DNA of 21,008 bases from a virus (taxonomy: Duplodnaviria > Heunggongvirae > Uroviricota > Caudoviricetes), in the IMG/VR virus record IMGVR_UViG_2671180458_000004; one strand, 5' to 3'. Below are positions 8,834 to 15,978 of this stretch, in pieces. Made by a program: the position numbers and the translations under genes. How positions within the stretch are numbered: the stretch's first letter is position 1; every line of letters begins with the position of its first letter. The notes under the pieces are model-generated. The model was not told where the DNA came from. It did no database searches and saw nothing but the letters and a program-made list of their open reading frames with translations.

Positions 8834-9414
8834 CAGGCTTTACCCAACAGAATCCCCTTAATACGGGACTCAAGCTGTTCACTCATCCCGTCCACGCCGC
8901 GCAGCTCGTCGGTGACCGCGTTTGCCATCTCTTCAGCAAATGCGGCCCGGATTTCTTTTTCACGCTTAATGCTGCGCTCGGCGGCACTTTCCGCACGCTG
9001 TGCTGACAGGAGGATGTCTTTGATGAGGCGCATATCCACGTCGCTGTCGCTGTTCAGAGATTCGGTCGCGGCACGCAGGCGGCGGTACATCAGGGCGCGG
9101 GACATTTCCAGAATCAGCGCTGTGGTTTCACCGGTTGGCTTGTCCCCCAGTTCGGCCATCATGGCTTTTGTCTGCTCGCGTAAATCACGCAGGTTACGGG
9201 CAATCAGCTCATTACGGGAGGCTTCCCGGCTGATGGCCGCCGGTGAAAGCTGCTGCTCTTCCGGCAGGCCCGCCTCACGGATCAGACGGTTGATTTCCTC
9301 GCGGATCTGGACCTGCGTCAGACGTTTTTCACGCAGCATTTCCAGCAGCGGCTTACGGATGCTGTCGGGGAGCAAATCCACCTTGCGTACACGACCACGC
9401 GTCGGCTTGTCCAT
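8833..9414 (-). CDS. Terminase small subunit (Mu gp27-like, DUF3486-type)
   Basis: 193 aa, charged and helical; AAGGGGGT RBS; its stop overlaps the large-terminase start (ATGA). Confidence 0.75.
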   Translation of the reverse strand: MDKPTRGRVRKVDLLPDSIRKPLLEMLREKRLTQVQIREEINRLIREAGLPEEQQLSPAAISREASRNELIARNLRDLREQTKAMMAELGDKPTGETTALILEMSRALMYRRLRAATESLNSDSDVDMRLIKDILLSAQRAESAAERSIKREKEIRAAFAEEMANAVTDELRGVDGMSEQLESRIKGILLGKA

Positions 9415-9416
9415 CG

Positions 9417-9707
9417 TTACCCCCTTGCGCGTGGTTTCTTCACACCCGGAACGCAGGCCCGGCCTTCCGCCACATCCTGCCCCCGGCCGGTCAGCTCTGC
9501 GATGAAATAACCGTTAATCAGAACGCGTTTGCGCACCAGTCCCTGCTCGGCAAGCCAGGCAATGTGGGTGTGAACGGTGTCGCGGGACACGCGGTGGCCG
9601 TAATCATCCAGACAGTCCTGGAGCACGGATTCACCCAGTTCACCGTTGTAATCTGCCAGCGACCGCAGAATGACCAGACGCTGATCTTCAGTAATGAAAT
9701 CACTCAT
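9417..9707 (-). CDS. Mu gp26-like small protein (96 aa), possible winged-helix fold
   Basis: Position between the gp25-like gene and terminase; ATGA coupling at its start; assignment positional. Confidence 0.6.
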   Translation of the reverse strand: MSDFITEDQRLVILRSLADYNGELGESVLQDCLDDYGHRVSRDTVHTHIAWLAEQGLVRKRVLINGYFIAELTGRGQDVAEGRACVPGVKKPRARG

Positions 9708-10012
9708 TGCGTTTTTTTCCTTACAGCCTGCTCCAGCAGCAGTTCGTTCTGATAGGAGACAGAGCGGAGCGTGGCGTTCGTGGTTTTCAGTTCACCCCGC
9801 AGGGTCACGATTTCCACATTCAGACGGTTGACCTCGGCTTCTGTCGGCAGTGACGACAGGCGGGTTTCCACCTTCTCAACGCGGTCGGAGAGTTTTTCAA
9901 AGGCCTCGCGGGGGACAAACGTTTTGCGCATCAGCGCCATGAATATCCCGCCAGCGGTTGCCGTCGCCGAAAGGATCGGCACAACATAATCTTTAACGAT
10001 GCTGACCCACAT
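9704..10012 (-). CDS. Mu gp25-like membrane-tethered protein (DUF2730-like), candidate releasin
   Basis: 102 aa; N-terminal hydrophobic helix then a coiled-coil-like cytoplasmic part; sits where Mu gp25 lies; 20-nt overlap with the upstream gene. Confidence 0.6.
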   Translation of the reverse strand: MWVSIVKDYVVPILSATATAGGIFMALMRKTFVPREAFEKLSDRVEKVETRLSSLPTEAEVNRLNVEIVTLRGELKTTNATLRSVSYQNELLLEQAVRKKTQ

Positions 10013-10220
10013 GACGGGCCTCCATGATGTTCTGGCAGTTCACACAACGGATGGCATCCGGCACCGCAACAAGACGTGCGGCGGGGATCTCTCCGCCACA
10101 GTCTGCGCAGACACGTCTGCCCGGAGCATCCATTGCCCGGCGCTTACGTGTCAGCCGGTTACAAAGGGCGCGTTCTGATCCCCGCTCCATCACAGCCTGA
10201 GCACGATCTGAATCATCCAT
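9993..10220 (-). CDS. TraR/DksA-family C4 zinc-finger protein (Mu gp24 position)
   Basis: Four Cys as CxxC-x17-CxxC (CADCGGEIPAARLVAVPDAIRCVNC); start moved to the ATG at 10220 (AGGAAA RBS), giving about 75 aa. Confidence 0.8.
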   Translation of the reverse strand: MDDSDRAQAVMERGSERALCNRLTRKRRAMDAPGRRVCADCGGEIPAARLVAVPDAIRCVNCQNIMEARHVGQHR

Positions 10221-10230
10221 ACCTTTTTCC

Positions 10231-10602
10231 TTACTTCGTCTTTCCTGCCGGAACAGCAGGCGTTCCGGCCATATCAGTAAATTCATGTTGTCGCCGCGCC
10301 TCCAGACGACGAATACTGGCCTTGTCCACGTTGCAGTTCTTGATCACCGCCAGCAGTTGCAGGTTGTAAGTGACCGATGCCCCAAACGTGAACGGCTCCG
10401 GCGCAGGAGGGACCAGGCAGTCAGCCAGCCATTCAGCGGGGATCGGCACCGGCTTCACAGGCACGTATTTCACAGACGGCCCGGCGCACCCGGTCAGCCA
10501 CATCATCAGGAACAGGGACAGAGGCCGCAGGCACTGCTGCCAGCGACCGGCGGACAACGCTCTGCTGCTCCTCGCTGTGCTGAATGTTCTGTTGTTTTTC
10601 AT
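10231..10602 (-). CDS. o-spanin (Rz1-like outer-membrane lipoprotein), overlapping the i-spanin gene in another frame
   Basis: Lipobox L-T-G-C followed by a Pro-rich mature region with C-terminal cysteines; starts inside the i-spanin gene and runs past its stop. The ATG at 10602 (GAGG upstream) gives an unusually long pre-lipobox region; an in-frame TTG near 10557 is an alternative. Confidence 0.6.
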   Translation of the reverse strand: MKNNRTFSTARSSRALSAGRWQQCLRPLSLFLMMWLTGCAGPSVKYVPVKPVPIPAEWLADCLVPPAPEPFTFGASVTYNLQLLAVIKNCNVDKASIRRLEARRQHEFTDMAGTPAVPAGKTK

Positions 10603-10783
10603 TCGTGGCCGCCTCACTGATTTGTGAAATGAGTTGCAGGGTGTGCTGCTGATTTGCCAGCACCTGACGCGCCTCATCCCGCTCACGCACAAGCACCTGA
10701 TTATTGTCTTCAAGGCGCTGTGTCTTCTGGTGCATTCCCCATATCGCGGCAACCAGTACAGCGATAATCCCCAGCGCCGCCAT
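10433..10783 (-). CDS. i-spanin (Rz-like inner-membrane spanin subunit)
   Basis: N-terminal TM segment then a long coiled-coil-like periplasmic region. The listed ORF start at 10954 would overlap lys by 59 nt, so the ATG at 10783 is taken; a GTG near 10822 is an alternative. Confidence 0.6.
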   Translation of the reverse strand: MAALGIIAVLVAAIWGMHQKTQRLEDNNQVLVRERDEARQVLANQQHTLQLISQISEAATNEKQQNIQHSEEQQSVVRRSLAAVPAASVPVPDDVADRVRRAVCEIRACEAGADPR

Positions 10784-10895
10784 GCACGCCCCGGCAATCA
10801 GGGCCGGTAAGGCATTATTCACCGCAGCCACAGGACACCCCGTAACAGCAGTACCGCACACAGCAGCGCTATCATGAGCGGTCGCCAGAAGCGGT

Positions 10896-11396
10896 TCAGA
10901 CTTTCGGCAAGTCGTAGCGACATAACCATTCATCCGCCGAACGGCGGGCCTCAAGGCCGGGGAGTTTCACCCCCTTTGAATAAATCCAGCGGATATACTG
11001 CTTACAGGACGCGGGCATCTGCCCGGCATTGATCAGGCGCAGAAGCGTGGAGTTGCGGAAGTTCGTTTCACCGGCCCAGAAGATCCACGAAGCCAGCGCC
11101 ACCGTCTGACCACGGGTAAGCGGCACCTGAACACGCCGATCAATGGCCGCAAAGGCCCATTTCATGTCCTTTTCCAGCAGTTCCAGGCATTCTTCATCCG
11201 TCAGGGTCATACCCGGTTTCACATCCGGGCCGGTATGGCCGTAACAGATGGTGGGTGTACCGGTGGGATCGATATACGTGGAGTTTTCTTTCCCTTCCCA
11301 GTAACCGGTGTAATGCGTGGCAATCGTGAACGTCCCGGCACCGGCCAGAACAAGGGCAATCAGCTTTTTACGCAGTGGTGCGGGGAGTTTTGGCAT
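10896..11396 (-). CDS. lys: Endolysin, T4-lysozyme-like (GH24) with N-terminal signal-anchor-release domain
   Basis: 166 aa; basic N-terminus MPKLPAPLRKK followed by a Gly/Ala-rich weakly hydrophobic stretch; catalytic spacing E-x8-D-x5-T in YWEGKENSTYIDPTGTPT. Confidence 0.9.
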   Translation of the reverse strand: MPKLPAPLRKKLIALVLAGAGTFTIATHYTGYWEGKENSTYIDPTGTPTICYGHTGPDVKPGMTLTDEECLELLEKDMKWAFAAIDRRVQVPLTRGQTVALASWIFWAGETNFRNSTLLRLINAGQMPASCKQYIRWIYSKGVKLPGLEARRSADEWLCRYDLPKV

Positions 11397-11467
11397 TGTT
11401 ACGCTGTCTCATGATGTTCTCTGAGTCAGCGTAACGGTGAAGGAAAGGCGGCAGGCTTTGCGGAATA
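11397..11467 (-). promoter_or_regulatory. Candidate activator-dependent late promoter / 5' leader of lys, with a 9-bp inverted repeat
   Basis: 71-bp gap between the mor stop and lys ATG; perfect inverted repeat GTTACGCTG (11398-11406) / CAGCGTAAC (11427-11435), 20-bp spacer, left arm abutting the lys start; position analogous to Mu Plys. Confidence 0.4.
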
Positions 11468-11893
11468 TCAGAAAAGTGGCGGTTGCGTTCTTGCCAGATG
11501 CAGACGGCGCTGTTCGCGTATGACGGTATAAATCTGGGTTTCTGACATCCGGTAATGGCGGCGAAGGGATTCAATTTTCTCGCCCCGGTCCCAGCGCGAA
11601 AATATCTCATTGTTTCGCAGCTCGGCAAAGAGAGATTCCCCGACCGGCAGGTAATAACCCCGTCCGCCCATATAGGCTGCCTGAGCCGCAGCCACCTTGC
11701 GTGCCAGTTTACCGGCCAGTACCGGCTCAATCCCCTGACGCTGAAGTTCTGCGCCAGTGACTTCAACCAGTTCTGACAGGGTCCGCGGCCAGTTCTTTTT
11801 GAGAACATCATCAGGGATGTCATCAAGGCGGTCGATAAGGGCGTGCAGTTGCTCACTGTCACCACCAAACATGCTCATCTGAGTTTCTGCCAT
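11468..11893 (-). CDS. mor: Mor/C-family transcriptional activator (middle/late gene activator)
   Basis: 141 aa, the size of Mu Mor (129 aa) and C (140 aa); GGAGG about 6 nt upstream; located between gemA and lys. Confidence 0.85.
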   Translation of the reverse strand: MAETQMSMFGGDSEQLHALIDRLDDIPDDVLKKNWPRTLSELVEVTGAELQRQGIEPVLAGKLARKVAAAQAAYMGGRGYYLPVGESLFAELRNNEIFSRWDRGEKIESLRRHYRMSETQIYTVIREQRRLHLARTQPPLF

Positions 11894-11925
11894 ATCAGCC
11901 TCCGGTTCTCGCGTTCCCGGTAAGT

Positions 11926-11958
11926 TTAAAATAAAAATCCCGCGTTGTGGCGGGATTT
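11926..11958 (-). terminator. Rho-independent terminator/attenuator between gemA and mor
   Basis: Perfect 9-bp stem AAATCCCGC/GCGGGATTT (11935-11943 with 11950-11958) around a 6-nt loop; on the minus strand it is followed by TTTTATTTT; begins 4 nt after the gemA stop. Confidence 0.7.
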
Positions 11959-11962
11959 GGGG

Positions 11963-12472
11963 TTAACGGGGAAGTGATTTTTCATACTGCCTGCAAACGG
12001 CGTCATACCCCATCAGCGTGCGTTCGGGCATTCCCATCGCGGCCAGCATTTTGCGGCGGTGCCATCGCTTGAGACGCTCCAGCACATCTGAGGCCAGGGC
12101 GGGGTGTTGCTCCAGCCACTGCCAGTTTGCCACACCTTCGCCGCCGTTTTGCGCGGCCGTCTGCGATTTCACCCAGCGGTTAAGGGCGGTTTCCGCACCA
12201 TCAGAGATAAAGCCCTGCCGGTGCATCACCTTCCAGATGGCGCGAATTTTAGCGGTCACCGTACCCGGTTTTAAGGCCCGGTTAACCGGGTTCTGACGCA
12301 CTTTAAAACCGCGTTTTTTGAAAACATCCAGCACGCGGGACAACTCATCCGGTGACATATCCCGGCAGCTGGTTTTGCCGGTGGCTGCCAGCAGCACGAA
12401 TGTATAAGTCTCATCATCCAGGGCAAGCTCGCGCTTTGCCACATGAATGGCGGATATCAGTTTTCCTCTCAT
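11963..12472 (-). CDS. gemA: GemA-family protein (Mu gp16-like, DUF1018)
   Basis: 169 aa; N-terminal MRGKLISAIHVAKRELALDDETY pattern recalled as typical of Mu GemA homologs; sits just upstream of mor as in Mu. Confidence 0.8.
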   Translation of the reverse strand: MRGKLISAIHVAKRELALDDETYTFVLLAATGKTSCRDMSPDELSRVLDVFKKRGFKVRQNPVNRALKPGTVTAKIRAIWKVMHRQGFISDGAETALNRWVKSQTAAQNGGEGVANWQWLEQHPALASDVLERLKRWHRRKMLAAMGMPERTLMGYDAVCRQYEKSLPR

Positions 12473-12765
12473 ACCGTATTTACCTTTTTACGGACATGGA
12501 AAGCCTTTTCTGCCTCATCCCACCGGGCATGGTGTGTTGGCGGAATAATCATTATGTGCCAGCCATCTCTGGTTGTTATCCGGCAGAAAAATTCACCGCT
12601 ATATAACACAATGGCCTGCTGAATGAGCGCATCAGCCGCCCGTTCAACCGGATATCTTTTATCAAAAAAGCAGATGATTTTTCGACATAACCACCGGGTA
12701 ATAACAAATGCACCGAAAAAGGATGTGATATATAAGCACCAGAACAACAGAGAACTATTGTCCAT
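12469..12765 (-). CDS. Hypothetical protein with N-terminal transmembrane helix (98 aa)
   Basis: AAGGAGAAAG RBS; hydrophobic N-terminus LLFWCLYITSFFGAFVITRWL; ATGA coupling into gemA. Confidence 0.6.
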   Translation of the reverse strand: MDNSSLLFWCLYITSFFGAFVITRWLCRKIICFFDKRYPVERAADALIQQAIVLYSGEFFCRITTRDGWHIMIIPPTHHARWDEAEKAFHVRKKVNTV

Positions 12766-12952
12766 TATCTTTCTCCTTATTCACTCTTCTTCGGCATTCG
12801 GCACAGTCATCAGGGCTTTCAAATGTATCCGGCTCGCGATTATGAGCCAGATATAACCACCGTCCACATATACTGATATTTTCGCCTGTTTTAAAAAAAT
12901 GATGCTTCCTGGCCATTAGTGGCCGCGCCCATCCAGCGGGTAGACTATTCAT
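12755..12952 (-). CDS. Hypothetical small protein (65 aa) with Cys/His residues
   Basis: GGAGGATAAAGCAA RBS; overlaps both neighbouring genes by a few nt; C-x(6)-H-x(12)-C-x2-C pattern could bind a metal (speculative). Confidence 0.55.
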   Translation of the reverse strand: MNSLPAGWARPLMARKHHFFKTGENISICGRWLYLAHNREPDTFESPDDCAECRRRVNKEKDNGQ

Positions 12953-13280
12953 TTGCTTTATCCTCCATGCTGGACAGAATCATATGTATTAATGTCGGGC
13001 GTGGAGATATACGCATTTCATTAAGCGTCTGAAGGGCAGCAACAGCTGCCTGTTTATCGGTGCCTTTGGCTATCTCTGCAAGAGAATGCACAATCCATAA
13101 CGGACTTAACGCCACGGCTGAATCCAGAATCATGTCATCCATAATAATTTCTGGCATATCCCGCTTGTCACATTCTTTATCTATAAAAGAAACGATTTTT
13201 TCTGCATCTTCCGGTTTCATGCCTCCGGCGATGAGAATTTTACGATATTCATAAGGCGATCTTAATTCAATACTCATCAT
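12945..13280 (-). CDS. Hypothetical acidic protein (111 aa)
   Basis: GGTGA-type RBS immediately upstream of ATGATG; lies in the low-GC stretch. Confidence 0.6.
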   Translation of the reverse strand: MMSIELRSPYEYRKILIAGGMKPEDAEKIVSFIDKECDKRDMPEIIMDDMILDSAVALSPLWIVHSLAEIAKGTDKQAAVAALQTLNEMRISPRPTLIHMILSSMEDKANE

Positions 13281-13292
13281 TCACCTGCCTGT

Positions 13293-13661
13293 TTAATCAG
13301 TTTCCAGTGCTTTGCTACGGGCAACAGCCTCACACTCAAAAAATACCGACTCCGGCACACGCTCCTTTAATTCACGAACAAGAAAATCATTAACGAGCTC
13401 ATGACGTCTTATATTTCTTTCCTTTTCCTCCTGGCGCAATACAGCAAGGCGGTATTCAACAGTCCGGCGTTGTTTCTGAAAGACAGCCAGTGCTTTTCTG
13501 GCAGAGTTACGCCATGTATCATCGCCACAGGGTTCGTATTCAAGCTGAAATTTAATCTCTTCAATGGTTTCTTTTATTTTTGCCAGCAAGCTAAGACAGT
13601 CGCTGATTGTCTTCAGTTTTTCATTATCAATATAACTTCTCACGCATTCACCTCCCGTCAT
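13293..13661 (-). CDS. Hypothetical protein, probably coiled-coil (about 122 aa)
   Basis: ORF 13293..13685 begins at a GTG; the ATG at 13661 forms an ATGA overlap with the upstream stop and is preferred. Heptad-like charged pattern in the C-terminal half. Confidence 0.55.
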   Translation of the reverse strand: MTGGECVRSYIDNEKLKTISDCLSLLAKIKETIEEIKFQLEYEPCGDDTWRNSARKALAVFQKQRRTVEYRLAVLRQEEKERNIRRHELVNDFLVRELKERVPESVFFECEAVARSKALETD

Positions 13662-13969
13662 TCCGGTAAAGCTGAAATATGACACCAGTGCGTCACCTGT
13701 CCGTCCTCATCTTCAAGGCAGGCTCCGGTTTCTTCATCAACAAAAAAGCCTTCATACCCCATATGGCCGATGCGCAGTTCCTGCCTGTGACCATACTGAA
13801 CAATCAGCACGACAGCCTCCATATCAGGCGGGAAAGCATCATTCAGTGAATGCCAGGGATAACCGCGCAAATCCCCGAAATAAACACCGGTCAGCGTTCC
13901 GCCACAGACCGGCATTCCGGCGGCACACACAAGAGGTTCATCTGATTCAACAAATAAGGTGGTTATCAT
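13658..13969 (-). CDS. Hypothetical strongly acidic protein (103 aa)
   Basis: ATGA-coupled start; many more acidic than basic residues by manual count; C-terminal EDEDGQVTHWCHISALPE. Confidence 0.6.
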   Translation of the reverse strand: MITTLFVESDEPLVCAAGMPVCGGTLTGVYFGDLRGYPWHSLNDAFPPDMEAVVLIVQYGHRQELRIGHMGYEGFFVDEETGACLEDEDGQVTHWCHISALPE

Positions 13970-14193
13970 GATGCCATTTGCTCCTGTATTTTCTGGCGTA
14001 AGTTTTCAATTTCTGCCGCCATATAAAAACCAATTTTGCTCCAGACATCAGCATCATCACCATGTTCTTCCAGCTCCATTACCGCCATTAAACACGCATC
14101 CTGCCAGTCACTGCTGTTATCAGTTACCGCCACTGAAAATGATGTACTGTCATGTCTGTTAATTATGACGACTGGCTTTTCAATTTTTCTCAT
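13966..14193 (-). CDS. Hypothetical small acidic protein (75 aa)
   Basis: GGGAGG about 6 nt upstream; ATGA coupling to the next gene; rich in Asp/Glu. Confidence 0.6.
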   Translation of the reverse strand: MRKIEKPVVIINRHDSTSFSVAVTDNSSDWQDACLMAVMELEEHGDDADVWSKIGFYMAAEIENLRQKIQEQMAS

Positions 14194-14375
14194 TTATGCC
14201 TCCCGGAAATACGAATGTATATACCGATGAGAAAATCCATAATAAACAGGAAGAGCGACATCCTGATAAAGAACCAAATGTCAGGCATCATGGACAGGTT
14301 TCCTGTAATCGCAAATATAAAACCAATCCCCAACACCGGAACGATAATTGCGAAAAATATAAGTCGTTTAATCAT
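14190..14375 (-). CDS. Small predicted membrane protein (61 aa, two hydrophobic helices)
   Basis: Sequence is almost entirely two hydrophobic stretches separated by a short polar loop; ATGA overlap with the upstream stop. Confidence 0.6.
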   Translation of the reverse strand: MIKRLIFFAIIVPVLGIGFIFAITGNLSMMPDIWFFIRMSLFLFIMDFLIGIYIRISGRHK

Positions 14376-14923
14376 GGCATTAACTCCCGTAATACAACAT
14401 CCTCGGCAGTCCGGCGATGGTGATAAATAAAATTCACCGTACTCTCGGATAATTCAAATTTCTCGCCTATTTCCCGGAAGGTAAGACGTCGTGGTGATTC
14501 AGCATCCCGTAATTCACGAATAAGATGAACATCATCGTCAGGTATACGGGTGAAGGGCAGCAATTCTCCGTATTTTTTCATGCTTACGCCAATATATCGC
14601 GCCCGATTGTGGACAGAATCCCGGTCTCGCCCCAGATATTCTCCTATTTGCTTACCGGTCATCGTTCTGGCATTTTTTCGGATAAATTTATCTTCATCAT
14701 GTTTAAATCTTGGACGTTTGCATTTGAGCAACTCCGGGTAAGTACCGCGTAATAAAACAATCCGGTTATGTACACCCCAGAAACTTCTTTTTACCCTGAC
14801 AGCAATATCCTTAACCGGGGTGGATGGATAAAGCGCAATCAGCAGTGCATCTTCTTCAGGTGTCCACGCACGGACATGAGCGGGTGCACGGCCTTTTCGC
14901 CCCATGGGTTGTAAAATCATCAT
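14372..14923 (-). CDS. Putative DNA-binding protein with several HTH-like segments (183 aa)
   Basis: AGGGGGTGA RBS; Myb/SANT-like WTPEEDALLIALY near the N-terminus, a central TGKQIGEYLGRDRDSVHNRARYIGV and a C-terminal LTFREIGEKFELSESTVNFIY segment. Confidence 0.65.
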   Translation of the reverse strand: MMILQPMGRKGRAPAHVRAWTPEEDALLIALYPSTPVKDIAVRVKRSFWGVHNRIVLLRGTYPELLKCKRPRFKHDEDKFIRKNARTMTGKQIGEYLGRDRDSVHNRARYIGVSMKKYGELLPFTRIPDDDVHLIRELRDAESPRRLTFREIGEKFELSESTVNFIYHHRRTAEDVVLRELMP

Positions 14924-14926
14924 ACA

Positions 14927-15442
14927 TCACCCCCTGACTCGCTTTTCAGCAGCATAAAACTCATCAGACAGAATTTCGGTCATTTTCCGTTTTGCGGAAT
15001 CATCTTCGCACTGAAGGTAAATAACATCGTCAACGCAGAACCACTTCACGGGACCATGCAATATTGCTGAAAAGTCAATGCCCAGCCAGAACAACAGGGC
15101 ATCGGTTCTGGCATACGTGACGGGCGAATATTCACGCCACAGACTGTTAAGTTCGTCAGAGGCAACGCGCAGGGCTTTGGGAATACGTGATGTGCGCGGT
15201 GTGCAGCTCCAGCCATTCGACGCAGTCGGTTTTCGCCATAAGTCGCGATGAAAAGGATATTTGTCATCCATAAAGCGCAGCCCTTTAAAACAAAAGCCAC
15301 TGATACCGGATACAAATACCGACCGGCACGCAACATTCAGCACGGCCTCAAGGCGTTTTGCCTCATCCTTAACTTTCTGGCAGTCCTGCTGATATTTTTT
15401 CCACGCGGCCAGCGCGGAAGGGTTTGATGTTTTAAAGAACAT
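14927..15442 (-). CDS. Hypothetical protein (171 aa)
   Basis: Translationally coupled to the upstream gene (TAATG); no recognisable motif. Confidence 0.65.
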   Translation of the reverse strand: MFFKTSNPSALAAWKKYQQDCQKVKDEAKRLEAVLNVACRSVFVSGISGFCFKGLRFMDDKYPFHRDLWRKPTASNGWSCTPRTSRIPKALRVASDELNSLWREYSPVTYARTDALLFWLGIDFSAILHGPVKWFCVDDVIYLQCEDDSAKRKMTEILSDEFYAAEKRVRG

Positions 15443-15975
15443 TACGCCACCTCCGCAGATATCCCGGCAGGCGCGGCCGTCCGGTCAACAATCAGGTAAC
15501 GCAGAACACGCGCGGTGATATTCCAGCCGCTTAAACCGCAGATGATGACACCCAGGCGTATGTCGATATACGCCATCACAAACTGGGGCACGCCTTCTTT
15601 CATGGCCTGCTCATCAACTTCAGCCACCACATAAACGGTTTCGCAGGTCAGTACGCCCTGAGCAAATTCCCACGCCATCGACGGAATATCATGCCCCTCA
15701 ATCCACGGCAGGGACTTTCTGAAGCTGCACCACTGAACATCATCAGCCGCACATTCCTGGCTGCATTTGCGACGAACCGGCTGCACCGGGCGGGGACGCG
15801 GAATATCATAAAAACCGTTACATTCCGTCAGCACCCCGGCATCAACCGCATCACGCAGAAAATAAACCATCGAGGATGGCGGCATATTCATTTTTTCAGC
15901 CAGAACACCGCAGGTCAGACGTCCGTAAATACGCAGCCAGTTTTTAACCCCTTCAAGCACTTTTGCATCAATCAT
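15442..15975 (-). CDS. Hypothetical protein (177 aa), possible N-terminal winged-helix-like segment
   Basis: GGAGG about 8 nt upstream; stop and next start overlap as TAATG; the helix-turn-helix impression is by eye only. Confidence 0.65.
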   Translation of the reverse strand: MIDAKVLEGVKNWLRIYGRLTCGVLAEKMNMPPSSMVYFLRDAVDAGVLTECNGFYDIPRPRPVQPVRRKCSQECAADDVQWCSFRKSLPWIEGHDIPSMAWEFAQGVLTCETVYVVAEVDEQAMKEGVPQFVMAYIDIRLGVIICGLSGWNITARVLRYLIVDRTAAPAGISAEVA

Positions 15976-15978
15976 GAA

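Noticed and set aside
8912-9505. 197-aa plus-strand ORF
   Set aside because: Lies antisense to the well-supported small terminase and gp26-like genes; its translation is low-complexity Arg/Ser-rich, typical of a GC-rich antisense frame; no RBS context.
10784-10954. Extension of the i-spanin ORF up to the ATG at 10954
   Set aside because: Would overlap the 3' end of the endolysin gene by 59 nt and add a non-hydrophobic N-terminal extension; an internal start before the TM helix fits spanin architecture better. Start remains uncertain.
11368-11868. 166-aa minus-strand ORF overlapping mor in another frame
   Set aside because: Overlaps the Mor/C-family gene, which has a strong GGAGG RBS and a recognisable product; this alternative frame has no recognisable product.
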